A stretch of DNA of 64,000 nucleotides from an uncultured Chloroflexia bacterium (GCA_963792075.1 CAWBUW010000012.1:2099840-2163839); one strand, 5' to 3'; positions 17,060 through 26,621 are shown, counted from the stretch's first letter. Numbers and translations: made by a program. Notes: generated by a model not told the origin, from the sequence alone.

Positions 17060-18523
17060 ATGGGCGAAGAAGGTAAAACCGTATTTATCAGTGCGGATCA
17101 CGGGCTGGCGATCGTGTATTTTTTGCAGAGCGACGTGGTGCCGCAGCTCCTGGCTGCCGGGGTACGCGTGGTGGTGCTGACGGATGACGCGCTGCGCGAA
17201 CAAATCCAGGCGCGCTTTGGTCAGCCTGGGCTGATTGTAGAAGGGCTGCGCTTGAAGCAGGCCCAGGAATATGCCAGCCGGCACATGGGCGAGCTGCAGT
17301 GGTGGCTGCATTTCCTGCGCCGGGTCGGCGGGTCGAAGCGGATTAACATTGAAGCGATGGAGAGTTACGTGCAGCAGGTGCACGCTGAGGAACCGCGCCG
17401 GAGGCAGATCTTCTTCCCACTGGCACAGGCGGCGGTTGGGCTGCTGCGCCGCTCTGCGGCAGCGCGCAAAGCGCTGGTACGGCTGCAGATGGCGTTCACG
17501 CCCCAGCTTTACGCCGACCTGTTCGAAAAGTACCAACCATCGCTGGTGATCGCCAGTACCCCCGGCTGGCGTCTGGATCGCTACCTGCTGCGCGAAGCGC
17601 ATGCGCGCGGGGTTGAAACCGCGGCGGTCATCGTGGGCTGGGATAACTCCAGTTCCTACAGTATTCCTGGGGCGCCGGTAGATTGGATCACCTGCTGGTC
17701 GCAGCAGCAGAAAGATGAGCTGGTATATGGATCGGATTGGGTGCCGGAACGGGTGCACATTGGCGGTATCCCATCGTACGATGGCTATTTCCGCAAGACC
17801 TGGTTGATGCCGCGGGAGGAGTATTTCAAGCTGCATGGATTGGACCCACAGCGGAAGTTGCTTTCGTATGCAGCCAGCTTTGTCAGCTTTTCGCCCAATT
17901 ACCAAAATATCGAAGCACTGGCCCGCCTGGTGGCCTCGGATGCGCTGGTTGAACCCGGCCAACTCTTAGTCCGGCTGCACCCTAACCATTTTTGGGACAA
18001 TCCGCTGTTTGCCGGCGAGCGCGAGAAAATCATGCAGTTGGCCAAAGTCACCCCGCACATGCACGTGGTGGAGCCGGTGCCCTTAGGCGGCTCTCTGGGG
18101 TATTATTCGGGCGAGGATATGCCTGAAAAGACCTCGATGATGGCATATTCCGATGTCTTCTGCACGGTGTATTCTACGATGGTGGTAGAAGCCGCCATCC
18201 ACGAGCAGCCGATCGTGAGCGTATGTATCGACGCGCCGGGCGGCTGGAACACGCCGCGCAAATTCTCGCTGCCGCTGTCAGAGATCGGCAACTGGCCGAC
18301 GCACCTGCGCTTCCGTGAGGCAGGCGCCGGGCGCGTGGCGTTGGATGAAGCGGCTCTGCGGGAAGCAGTCAATGCCTCGCTGCGTGAACCCGAAGCCGAC
18401 CGGGCAAAACGCCGGGAGTTTATCCTCCAGGAATGTACTTATACGGATGGCAGCGCAGGTAAGCGCACGGCTGATTTTCTGCTGACTCTTCTCAACCGTG
18501 ACACACAGGGATGTATCCAGTGA
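17060..18523 (+). CDS. KpsS/KpsC-like HP-motif GT-B protein (paralog 2, most divergent)
   Basis: LLVRLHPNH followed by VFCTVYSTMVVEAAIHEQPIVSV. N-terminal Rossmann-like KTVFISADHG. Confidence 0.4.
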   Translation: MGEEGKTVFISADHGLAIVYFLQSDVVPQLLAAGVRVVVLTDDALREQIQARFGQPGLIVEGLRLKQAQEYASRHMGELQWWLHFLRRVGGSKRINIEAMESYVQQVHAEEPRRRQIFFPLAQAAVGLLRRSAAARKALVRLQMAFTPQLYADLFEKYQPSLVIASTPGWRLDRYLLREAHARGVETAAVIVGWDNSSSYSIPGAPVDWITCWSQQQKDELVYGSDWVPERVHIGGIPSYDGYFRKTWLMPREEYFKLHGLDPQRKLLSYAASFVSFSPNYQNIEALARLVASDALVEPGQLLVRLHPNHFWDNPLFAGEREKIMQLAKVTPHMHVVEPVPLGGSLGYYSGEDMPEKTSMMAYSDVFCTVYSTMVVEAAIHEQPIVSVCIDAPGGWNTPRKFSLPLSEIGNWPTHLRFREAGAGRVALDEAALREAVNASLREPEADRAKRREFILQECTYTDGSAGKRTADFLLTLLNRDTQGCIQ

Positions 18524-19521
18524 AGTTCCTGATTGCAGGTTTTGGCTCCATCGGGAGGCGGCATTTCCGCAACCTGTTGGCGCTGGGTGAGACGGATATC
18601 GTTTTGTACCGTACCGGCCACAGCACGCTGCCGGATGACGAAATCATAGGGTTCCCGGTTGAGACCAACCTTCAGGCCGCGCTGGCGCACCGGCCCGATG
18701 CGGTCATTGTCGCCAACCCGACCGCGCTGCACCTGGATGTGGCGATCCCGGCTGCTGCGGCGGGCTGCCACCTGTTCCTGGAAAAACCTATTTCTCATTC
18801 GCTGGCGCGCGTTGGCGAACTGCAGCAAGCCGTCCAAAGCAGCCAGGTGAAAGTGCTGGTGGGATTCCAATTCCGCTTCCACCCGGGGCTGCGTAAAATC
18901 CGGGAAATCTTGCAGGGTGGCACGCTTGGCCGCACCCTGAGCGTGCGCGCACATTGGGGCGAATACCTGCCGGACTGGCATCCCTGGGAAGATTACCGCC
19001 AGGGTTATGCTGCGCGGGCTGACCTGGGGGGAGGGGTGGTATTGACATTGAGCCATCCGATTGATTATTTACGTTGGCTGTTTGGCGAAGTAGCGCAGGT
19101 TCACGCCTTTGTCGGGCATTTGAGCGACCTGGAAGTGCAGACGGAAGACCTGGCTGAGATCCTCTTCCGTTTCGAGACGCGCGTTGTGGGCAGCCTGCAC
19201 CTGGATTACTGCCAACAGCCGCCGGTTCATCGCATGGAAATTGTGTGTACAAAGGGCACCCTGCGCTGGGACAATGCGGACGGCGCTGTGCAGGTGTACG
19301 TGGTTGGCGACCCGGCAATATCAGCCTGGGAGACGTTCCCCGTACCTGCGGGCTTTGATCGCAATGAGATGTTCCTGGATCAAACCCGGCATTTCATCGA
19401 AGTAGTCCGCGGCGCCAGCCAGCCGGTGTGTACGCTGCAAGATGGCGTGCGCGCCTTGGAGCTGGCTTTGCTGGCTAATGATTTGGGGGCTGCCCAAAAA
19501 GAAACAAAGGAAGAAAATTAA
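18520..19521 (+). CDS. Gfo/Idh/MocA-family NAD(P)-dependent sugar oxidoreductase
   Basis: KFLIAGFGSIGRRH Rossmann motif, EKP motif (FLEKPIS). GTGA coupling at 18520; an ATG at 18511 is also possible. Confidence 0.85.
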   Translation: MKFLIAGFGSIGRRHFRNLLALGETDIVLYRTGHSTLPDDEIIGFPVETNLQAALAHRPDAVIVANPTALHLDVAIPAAAAGCHLFLEKPISHSLARVGELQQAVQSSQVKVLVGFQFRFHPGLRKIREILQGGTLGRTLSVRAHWGEYLPDWHPWEDYRQGYAARADLGGGVVLTLSHPIDYLRWLFGEVAQVHAFVGHLSDLEVQTEDLAEILFRFETRVVGSLHLDYCQQPPVHRMEIVCTKGTLRWDNADGAVQVYVVGDPAISAWETFPVPAGFDRNEMFLDQTRHFIEVVRGASQPVCTLQDGVRALELALLANDLGAAQKETKEEN

Positions 19522-19569
19522 TACGTATCTGTGGGGGTGGTGCGAAGCACCACCCCCACAGATACGTAT
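19521..19569. repeat. 49-nt perfect hairpin (23-bp arms, GAA loop) at a gene end, probable terminator or RNA-stability element
   Basis: ATACGTATCTGTGGGGGTGGTGC-GAA-GCACCACCCCCACAGATACGTAT. Imperfect complementarity extends to about 19501-19590. Confidence 0.7.
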
Positions 19570-19619
19570 ATTTTCTCCTTGTTTTCGTCTTTTTGGACAA
19601 CCCCAAAACCCTAGAAGAT

Positions 19620-19649
19620 TTGACACAGGACATAGAATTGGTTTATGAT
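19620..19649 (+). promoter_or_regulatory. Sigma-70-type promoter upstream of the SDR gene
   Basis: TTGACA (19620-19625), 17-18 nt spacer, TATGAT (19644-19649). ATG at 19688. Confidence 0.45.
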
Positions 19650-19687
19650 CTACCCCAGGCAATTGCCCCGAATGCAATGGAAAAGGA

Positions 19688-20518
19688 ATGAACATGAAAA
19701 GAATCCAACATGCTTTTGAATTGTCCGGGCGCGTGGCGGTGGTCACCGGCGGCCCGGGTTTATTAGGCAAGGAATTCTGCCGGACTCTGGCCGAGGCCGG
19801 GGCGGCAGTGGCCGTGGTGGATATTAATGCCGCAGGTTGCACGTCGGTCGCCGAGGATCTGAAGGCGCAGGGATACGCAGCATTAGCCGTGCCGACCGAC
19901 ATCACACAGCCCGAATCCGTACACAACATGGTCGAAAGCACGCTGCGCACATTCGGGCGGTTGGATATCCTGGTCAACAGCGCGGCGTTGGATCCCAAAT
20001 TCGACCCACAGCATCTCGGCCCAGGAGCCTCTGGAGCTTTTGAAGACTATCCGCTGGAATCCTGGAAGCAGGCGTTAGACGTAAACCTGACGGGGATGTT
20101 CCTATGCTGCCAGGCATCTGTAAAGCCAATGTTAGCCCAGGGTCAAGGGGTGATTATCAATATCTGTTCAACTTACGGGCTGGGCGGTCCAGACCAGCGT
20201 ATTTACGAGCGCCCAGGGCAGCCGAAACGGTATAAACCGGTGTATTACACCGTGACCAAGGCCGGCGTGCTGGGGATGACCAAATACCTGGCCACGTATT
20301 ACGGCGAGCAAAATATCCGTGTCAATGCATTGACGCCGGGCGGTGTGTATAACAACCACGACGAAGATTTCGTTAAAGCCTATGCTTACCGTACGGTGTT
20401 GGGACGCATGGCGCAGCGGCACGAGATGAATGGCGCTCTGTTATTCCTGGCCTCGGATGCGTCTTCTTACATGACGGGGAACAACCTGGTGGTCGATGGA
20501 GGGTGGACAGCATGGTAA
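19688..20518 (+). CDS. SDR-family oxidoreductase
   Basis: VTGGPGLLGKEF (TGxxxGxG), YTVTKAG (YxxxK). Confidence 0.85.
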   Translation: MNMKRIQHAFELSGRVAVVTGGPGLLGKEFCRTLAEAGAAVAVVDINAAGCTSVAEDLKAQGYAALAVPTDITQPESVHNMVESTLRTFGRLDILVNSAALDPKFDPQHLGPGASGAFEDYPLESWKQALDVNLTGMFLCCQASVKPMLAQGQGVIINICSTYGLGGPDQRIYERPGQPKRYKPVYYTVTKAGVLGMTKYLATYYGEQNIRVNALTPGGVYNNHDEDFVKAYAYRTVLGRMAQRHEMNGALLFLASDASSYMTGNNLVVDGGWTAW

Positions 20519-21162
20519 ATACCCGTTCGGAACCCGCGAGCTCTCTCGGGATGCACAGCGCTACACACAACGATACCGGCCCAGCCTCTGACGATTTTGT
20601 TACCGTGCGTATGTCACGGCGTGGAGATATCTGCGTCCTGATGTCACCTAAGAGCGATAAACCCACGCCTGCACTCTTGCAGCACCTGGAAGCGCTGCAG
20701 AGCATAGTCGGCGGGCGTATTGCTGGTCGCATTCACATTACGGCGCAGCGCTTTGAACCGTCAGACGAGACTGCCGGAGAACGTATCCTGGAACGGTTGA
20801 AGAGCTGTGCGGCAGAACAATTTAAATTTAAGGTCGGCGCAACCGGATATATCCCGATGCATTCGGTGTTCCGCAATACGCACATGTTAAAGTGGTCTGT
20901 CGCCGGAACCGAGCCATTGGAGCATTATTACCGGCTGGTTGATCACCTGGGACGTGAGGTGGGTCTGAAGCCGCTGTATATGCGCCGGGCCACAGGAGCG
21001 CGTGTAACCGCTTTGCTAGAAATTATGCCTAAAGATAACCCCGCGCTGGCACAGGTCCCGCTGCTTGAGCCCTTATTCAATGTGGAAAGGCTGATCGTTA
21101 CGCGCATCCTGGCTCCGAATGAGTATGAAGTGCTGGGAGAAGTTGGTTTAGGAGCTTCGTAA
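20512..21162 (+). CDS. Hypothetical protein
   Basis: Clean ORF, overlaps the SDR stop by 7 nt. One HITA (HxT-like) motif only, so no confident family. Confidence 0.35.
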   Translation: MVNTRSEPASSLGMHSATHNDTGPASDDFVTVRMSRRGDICVLMSPKSDKPTPALLQHLEALQSIVGGRIAGRIHITAQRFEPSDETAGERILERLKSCAAEQFKFKVGATGYIPMHSVFRNTHMLKWSVAGTEPLEHYYRLVDHLGREVGLKPLYMRRATGARVTALLEIMPKDNPALAQVPLLEPLFNVERLIVTRILAPNEYEVLGEVGLGAS

Positions 21163-21165
21163 CCC

Positions 21166-22419
21166 ATGGAAGTGTTAGCCTTGATCCCTGCGCGCGGGGG
21201 ATCCAAATCCATCCCGCGTAAGAATATCCGTCCATTGGCCGGGCATCCGTTGATTGCGTATAGCATTGCAGCCGGACGGCAGGCGGCCCTGGTGACGCGC
21301 ACGCTCGTCTCGACGGATGACGAGGAGATTGCTGCCGTGGCGCGCAGCTATGGAGCCGAGACACCTTTCCTGCGCCCGGCAGAGTATGCCCAGGACAACA
21401 CGACCGATTTCCCGGTCTTTGAGCATGCCCTGTGCTGGCTGGCAGAGCATGAAGATTATCACCCAGAAATGGTGGTCCAACTTCGTCCGACTTCCCCCAT
21501 CCGCCCGGTGGGGATGGTGGACCAGGCGCTGCGAATGTTATTGGAAGATGCGCAGGCCGAATCGGTACGGGGTGTGGTGCCGGCGGGGCAGAACCCCTTT
21601 AAAATGTGGCGCATCGAAGACGGGCGCATGGTCCCCCTGTTAAAAGTGGAGGGGATTGCTGAACCATATAACGCGCCGCGCCAGGCGCTGCCGGCCGCAT
21701 TCTGGCAGACGGGGCATATTGATGCCATCCGGGTGCGTACTATCTTGGAAAAAAACTCACTGAGCGGAGATACGATCCTGCCGCTTAAGATCGACCCGCG
21801 CTATACAATTGATATCGATACCCTGAATGACTGGCGGCGCGCCGAAAAGCTGATGGAAGAACTGCCCACGCAGGGGCTGGATTTTGTGCGTCCGGGGCCG
21901 CTGGTAAGCGTTCATTCGGAGGCGCAGGTCTCTAAGCGCGACCTGCCAGAAGACGTGCAGTTGATCGTTTTTGATTTCGATGGCGTGATGACCGACAATC
22001 GCGTCTGGGTGGACCAGGACGGGAGGGAGATGGTGGCTGCGAACCGCAGCGATAGCATGGGGTTGAAGCACCTGCGTAATTCTGGCGTCCGGGCGATGGT
22101 GCTCTCCACCGAGGTCAACCCGGTAGTGACCGTGCGCTGCCGCAAGCTCGATTTGCCGGTGATCCAGGGCGTGGAAGACAAGGGGATAGTACTCAAGAAA
22201 TACCTGGAAGTGGAGAAGCTTGATCCTGCCCAGGTGGTCTATGTTGGGAATGATATCAATGATCTGCCCTGCTTCTCGCTGGTGGGATGCGCCGTGGTCG
22301 TGGCAGATGCCCAGCCTGAAGCGATGCAGCAAGCGGACCTTGTGCTGTCGCAGCGCGGCGGGCACGGGGCAGTGCGTGAAATTTGTGACACTATTTTGAA
22401 GAGAAAAGGAGCTAAGTAA
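21166..22419 (+). CDS. Bifunctional acylneuraminate-type cytidylyltransferase (NeuA-like) fused to a KdsC-like HAD phosphatase
   Basis: N-terminal ALIPARGGSKSIPRKNI. C-terminal HAD motifs LIVFDFDGVMTDNRV (DxDGV) and YVGNDINDL. Confidence 0.8.
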   Translation: MEVLALIPARGGSKSIPRKNIRPLAGHPLIAYSIAAGRQAALVTRTLVSTDDEEIAAVARSYGAETPFLRPAEYAQDNTTDFPVFEHALCWLAEHEDYHPEMVVQLRPTSPIRPVGMVDQALRMLLEDAQAESVRGVVPAGQNPFKMWRIEDGRMVPLLKVEGIAEPYNAPRQALPAAFWQTGHIDAIRVRTILEKNSLSGDTILPLKIDPRYTIDIDTLNDWRRAEKLMEELPTQGLDFVRPGPLVSVHSEAQVSKRDLPEDVQLIVFDFDGVMTDNRVWVDQDGREMVAANRSDSMGLKHLRNSGVRAMVLSTEVNPVVTVRCRKLDLPVIQGVEDKGIVLKKYLEVEKLDPAQVVYVGNDINDLPCFSLVGCAVVVADAQPEAMQQADLVLSQRGGHGAVREICDTILKRKGAK

Positions 22420-22424
22420 AGCCA

Positions 22425-23297
22425 ATGGCACGTGAAATACGCATCGGTGATCGCCTGGTGGGAGATGGACACCCCACTTTTATTGTGGCCGAGATCGGCA
22501 TCAACCACAACGGGGACGTGGAGATTGCCAAGCAATTGATCGACGTAGCAGTAAAGAACGGCGTGGACGCGGTGAAATTCCAGAAGCGCACGCCAGAGCT
22601 ATGCGTTCCTCCTGAACAACGCGGCCAGATGCGGGAGACACCCTGGGGGTATATCACCTACCTGGATTACCGCTATAAGACAGAGTTTGGCGAGGCGGAG
22701 TATGGCGAGATTGAACGCTATTGCAAAGAAAAAGGGATTAACTGGTTCGCTTCGGTGTGGGATGAGCCTGCGGCGGATTTTATGCAGCAGTTCGATACGG
22801 CCTGCTATAAAGTCCCGTCCGCCTCACTGACGGATCATAAATTGCTGGCACACCTGCGCAAAATTGGCAAGCCAATTATTCTCTCCACGGGGATGTCCAC
22901 GATGGACCAGATCCGGGCCTCGGTCAAAATGCTGGGCGAGGAAGACTTGATTGTTTGCCATGCTACCAGCACTTACCCGTGCGACCCGCACGAATTGAAC
23001 CTGCGCATGATCCAGACACTGCGCCACAGTTTCAATTGTCCTATCGGCTACTCGGGGCATGAAGTGGGCCTGATTCCTTCGGTTGTGGCCGTCTCGCTGG
23101 GAGCCTGCCTGCTGGAACGGCATATTACGCTGGACCGGGCGATGTGGGGCAGTGACCAGGCTGCTTCGGTGGAACCGGGCGGTGTGGAGCGATTGGTGAA
23201 GTACATCCGTGTCACCGAGCAGTCGATGGGAGATGGCATCAAGCGCGTGTATGACAGCGAGATGTCTTCGTTGAAAAAACTACGCCGGGTGACCTGA
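22425..23297 (+). CDS. Short NeuB-family (ulosonic acid or ulosonic acid-phosphate) synthase lacking a full SAF domain
   Basis: TFIVAEIGINHNGDVEIAKQLI, DAVKFQKR, IGYSGHE and ERHITLD blocks. Only 290 aa. Confidence 0.8.
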   Translation: MAREIRIGDRLVGDGHPTFIVAEIGINHNGDVEIAKQLIDVAVKNGVDAVKFQKRTPELCVPPEQRGQMRETPWGYITYLDYRYKTEFGEAEYGEIERYCKEKGINWFASVWDEPAADFMQQFDTACYKVPSASLTDHKLLAHLRKIGKPIILSTGMSTMDQIRASVKMLGEEDLIVCHATSTYPCDPHELNLRMIQTLRHSFNCPIGYSGHEVGLIPSVVAVSLGACLLERHITLDRAMWGSDQAASVEPGGVERLVKYIRVTEQSMGDGIKRVYDSEMSSLKKLRRVT

Positions 23298-23320
23298 TTC
23301 TGGCGGAAGAGGGAATAGAC

Positions 23321-24973
23321 TTGTCCAGAATCAAGTATGCCCAGGCGGTGCTGCGACAGCATTGGACTCGCTGGCAAGTGAACCGGGAAATCCGGGGATT
23401 GGTGCAGCGAGTTTCCCGGCACGTCCAGCTTGATCCGGACCGTGGGCCGGTGGTGCTGTTCAACGCATCCACGCGGTTGACCGGGATGAGCCTGAACGCG
23501 GCCTTCTCGCTGCTGTTGGGGCTGGGGCTGCAAACCGCCGGGATTCCTGTGGTGCGTTTTGCCTGCCAGGCCGGGATGAGCCGCTGTGTGCTGGGTACGA
23601 ACCGGGATGATCCGAACCAGGCGCCGCCCTGCCGGGCTTGTGTGGCCCAATCGCAGACTTTGTTCATGGATGCACCTACCGTTTGGTTCCGCTTCCAGGC
23701 TGATCCTGCGCTGCAGCAGGCTATGGAAGGCCTGACGGCAGCGCAGCTTTCGGAATTTGAATGGTCGATTAATCTGCCAGCGGTGGGCGAGCGCAGCCTC
23801 CCGCTGGGGGCGCTGGCGTTGCCTGCACTGCGTTGGGTGCTGCGTAGGCATCACTTGCCCGACGAAGCGCCGGTACGCCAACTGCTGCGCGAATACATCC
23901 TTTCGGCGTATCACCTCGCCCAAGAATTTGCGAGTTTGGTGAGTGAGGTGCATCCGGCAGCAGTGGTGGTATTCAACGGGCAGTTTTTCCCCGAAGCGAC
24001 GGCGCGTTGGGTCGCGCGGGAATATCGCATCCCCTCGGTGTCCCACGAAGTGGGCCTGATGCCATTCACGGCGTATTTTACGACGGGCGAAGCCACGGCA
24101 TATCCGTTGGATATCCCCGCATCGTTTACGCTTTCGGACGCTCAAAATGCACGCCTGGACGAGTACCTGTCCCAGCGTTTTCAGGGACAATTTTCGATGG
24201 CAGGGGTGCAGTTCTGGCCCGAAATGCGCGGGCTGGATGCAGAATTTTTGGAGAAAGCGGTAGGATTTAAGCAGATTGTCCCCATCTTCACCAATGTGGT
24301 TTTTGATACCAGCCAGCCCCATTCCAATGTGATATTCCCCCACATGTTTGCCTGGCTGGATGAAGTCTTGGATGTGATGAAGCGTCATCCAGAAACGCTG
24401 TTTGTGCTGCGCGCGCACCCGGATGAGCACCGGCCGGGCAAAGAAAGCCTGGAAAGTGTCCGCCAATGGGTGGAGCAGAACCAAGTGACCGCGTTGTCCA
24501 ATGTGGTTTTTTACGACTCGGCGCAGTTTGTCAGCTCTTACCAACTGCTCCAGCGCTCTAAGTTCGTGCTGATCTATAATTCGACCATTGGGTTAGAAGC
24601 CGCCATCCTGGGGATGCCGGTGTTATGCGCCGGGCGAGCGCGATTTACGCAGATTCCAACCGTGTTTTTCCCGCAATCACCTGCGGCTTACCTCCAACAG
24701 TTGGAGGAGTTCCTGGCAGCCGAGAAAGTGAGCGCACCAGCAGAATTTCAATCGAATGCCCGGCGTTTCTTATACTATCAACTGTTCCGCTCTTCCCTTC
24801 CCTTTGGTGATTTCCTGGAAGATGAGCAATTGTGGCCGGGGTTTGTCCGCCTGCGCCGCTTCGGTTGGGAACAACTAACACCTGCCTGTTCGTCTGCCAT
24901 GCGGGTGTTGGCGGAAGAGCTGGGAAAATTGGAATTTACCCGGCCAGTCTCCTCTTTCCTGTTACCTGATTGA
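23321..24973 (+). CDS. KpsS/KpsC-like HP-motif GT-B protein (paralog 3)
   Basis: FVLRAHPDEHRPGK and FVLIYNSTIGLEAAILGMPVLCAG closely resemble the KpsS HHP and INSTAG blocks. TTG start inferred. Confidence 0.5.
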   Translation: MSRIKYAQAVLRQHWTRWQVNREIRGLVQRVSRHVQLDPDRGPVVLFNASTRLTGMSLNAAFSLLLGLGLQTAGIPVVRFACQAGMSRCVLGTNRDDPNQAPPCRACVAQSQTLFMDAPTVWFRFQADPALQQAMEGLTAAQLSEFEWSINLPAVGERSLPLGALALPALRWVLRRHHLPDEAPVRQLLREYILSAYHLAQEFASLVSEVHPAAVVVFNGQFFPEATARWVAREYRIPSVSHEVGLMPFTAYFTTGEATAYPLDIPASFTLSDAQNARLDEYLSQRFQGQFSMAGVQFWPEMRGLDAEFLEKAVGFKQIVPIFTNVVFDTSQPHSNVIFPHMFAWLDEVLDVMKRHPETLFVLRAHPDEHRPGKESLESVRQWVEQNQVTALSNVVFYDSAQFVSSYQLLQRSKFVLIYNSTIGLEAAILGMPVLCAGRARFTQIPTVFFPQSPAAYLQQLEEFLAAEKVSAPAEFQSNARRFLYYQLFRSSLPFGDFLEDEQLWPGFVRLRRFGWEQLTPACSSAMRVLAEELGKLEFTRPVSSFLLPD

Positions 24974-24983
24974 GGCGGTATCC

Positions 24984-25934
24984 ATGCCTGCGCCGCGTTG
25001 TTCGTTGATCATCCGCTCCTATAATGAGGAGAAGCACATCGGGCGTTTGCTGGAGGGTGTGATGCACCAGGGTATAGGCGACGTGGAGATCATCCTGGTC
25101 GATTCCGGCTCGACGGATGCGACCGTGGCGATTGCCACGCACTACCCGGTGCAGGTAATCAAGATCCGGCCGGAGGAGTTTACATTCGGACTCTCCCTCA
25201 ACCTGGGCATCCAGCATGCCCAGGCAGAACGGATTGTTTTTGCCAGCGCGCATGTGTACCCTGTGTATCCGGACTGGTTGGAGAAACTGCTGGCGCCCTT
25301 TGCGGATGAACAGGTGGCGCTGGTATACGGCAAGCAGCGCGGCGGCGAAACGACGAAGTTCTCGGAACACCAGGTTTTTGCGCATTGGTTCCCCGAGCAA
25401 TCTGTAGCGCGCCAATCGACGCCTTTCTGCAATAACGCCAACGCTGCCATCCGCCGAAAAATTTGGGAGGAGCATCCCTACGATGAGAACCTGCCTGGCC
25501 TGGAAGATTTGAGCTGGGCAAATTGGGCGATGAGCCAGGGATATTTTATTGCCTATGCTGCCGAAGCGGAGATCATCCATGTGCACAACGAGACGCCGGG
25601 TGGGATATACAACCGTTACCGGCGCGAAGCCATGGCTTTCAAGCGCCTTTTCCCTCACGAGCGCTTTCGGCTGGTGGATTTCTTCCGCCTATCTGCGACG
25701 AATATCGGCAGCGACTTGTGGCATGCCTTCCGCCAAAAGAAAATCGGAAGCAGCCTGGGGAGCATTTTCTGGTTCCGCCTGATGCAGTTTTGGGGAACTT
25801 ACCAGGGGTACCGGCATACCGGTCCGCTGACCTGGAAATTACGCCAGACCTTCTACTATCCACGCAGCCTGGATGCCGCCGCGGCGGCGCAGAGCCGGGT
25901 GGTTGAGCCCATCCGTTACGATAAACAGGAGTAA
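24984..25934 (+). CDS. GT2-family glycosyltransferase
   Basis: SLIIRSYNEEKHI..IILVDSGSTD blocks. Confidence 0.8.
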   Translation: MPAPRCSLIIRSYNEEKHIGRLLEGVMHQGIGDVEIILVDSGSTDATVAIATHYPVQVIKIRPEEFTFGLSLNLGIQHAQAERIVFASAHVYPVYPDWLEKLLAPFADEQVALVYGKQRGGETTKFSEHQVFAHWFPEQSVARQSTPFCNNANAAIRRKIWEEHPYDENLPGLEDLSWANWAMSQGYFIAYAAEAEIIHVHNETPGGIYNRYRREAMAFKRLFPHERFRLVDFFRLSATNIGSDLWHAFRQKKIGSSLGSIFWFRLMQFWGTYQGYRHTGPLTWKLRQTFYYPRSLDAAAAAQSRVVEPIRYDKQE

Positions 25935-25943
25935 GGGAAGCTG

Positions 25944-26621
25944 ATGAATCAAACGCTCAAGATTGCTGCACTGGTACCGATCCGGCACCATTCACAGCGT
26001 GTGCCGGGCAAAAATTACCGTCCCCTGGCAGGAAAACCGCTCTACCAGCACATTATTGGAACCCTGTTGGCCTGCCCTGAGATTTCTACGGTCGTGGTGG
26101 ATACGGACAGCCCGATCGTGCGCGATGGGCTGGCGCAGCATTTCCCACAGGTGCAGGTGTTGGTGCGCCCGGAACACTTGCGGGCAGATGCCGTCCCCAT
26201 GAACGAAATCCTGGCTTATGATACCGGCCAGGTGGAGGCAGATTTCTATCTGCAAACGCATACCACCAATCCGCTGTTGAAAACCGAGACGGTGCGCCGC
26301 GGTTTGCAGCGTTTCCAGGACAGCTACCCGGCGTATGATTCGCTGTTTTCGGTCACGCGCCTGCAGACCCGCCTCTGGGACGAGCTGGGACGGGCAATCA
26401 ACCACAACCCGGCGATCCTGCTGCAAACGCAAGACCTCCCGCCGGTGTACGAGGAGAATTCGTGCCTGTACCTGTTCAGCCGCGAGACGCTGTTGCGGCG
26501 GCGCAACCGGCTGGGTGAACGGCCGATGATGTTTGAGATGGATGCCTCAGAAGCCTGGGATATTGATGAAGAGTTGGATTTTCAAATTACCGAATTTTTA
26601 ATGAAACAGCGAGGCCAGTGA
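25944..26621 (+). CDS. Acylneuraminate-type cytidylyltransferase (third CMP-sugar synthetase-like gene)
   Basis: AALVPIRHHSQRVPGKNYRPLAGKPL N-terminal motif. 225 aa. Confidence 0.75.
   Translation: MNQTLKIAALVPIRHHSQRVPGKNYRPLAGKPLYQHIIGTLLACPEISTVVVDTDSPIVRDGLAQHFPQVQVLVRPEHLRADAVPMNEILAYDTGQVEADFYLQTHTTNPLLKTETVRRGLQRFQDSYPAYDSLFSVTRLQTRLWDELGRAINHNPAILLQTQDLPPVYEENSCLYLFSRETLLRRRNRLGERPMMFEMDASEAWDIDEELDFQITEFLMKQRGQ

Noticed and set aside
15791-17962. 723-aa minus-strand ORF spanning three plus-strand genes
   Set aside because: It has no recognisable motifs, a biased R/Q/H/P composition, and runs through the 43-nt palindrome. The plus-strand genes (GT2, HP-motif GT-B) have family signatures.
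23048-24544. 498-aa minus-strand ORF antisense to the neuB-like and KpsS-like genes
   Set aside because: Same antisense-frame artefact signature. The sense-strand genes are supported by motifs.
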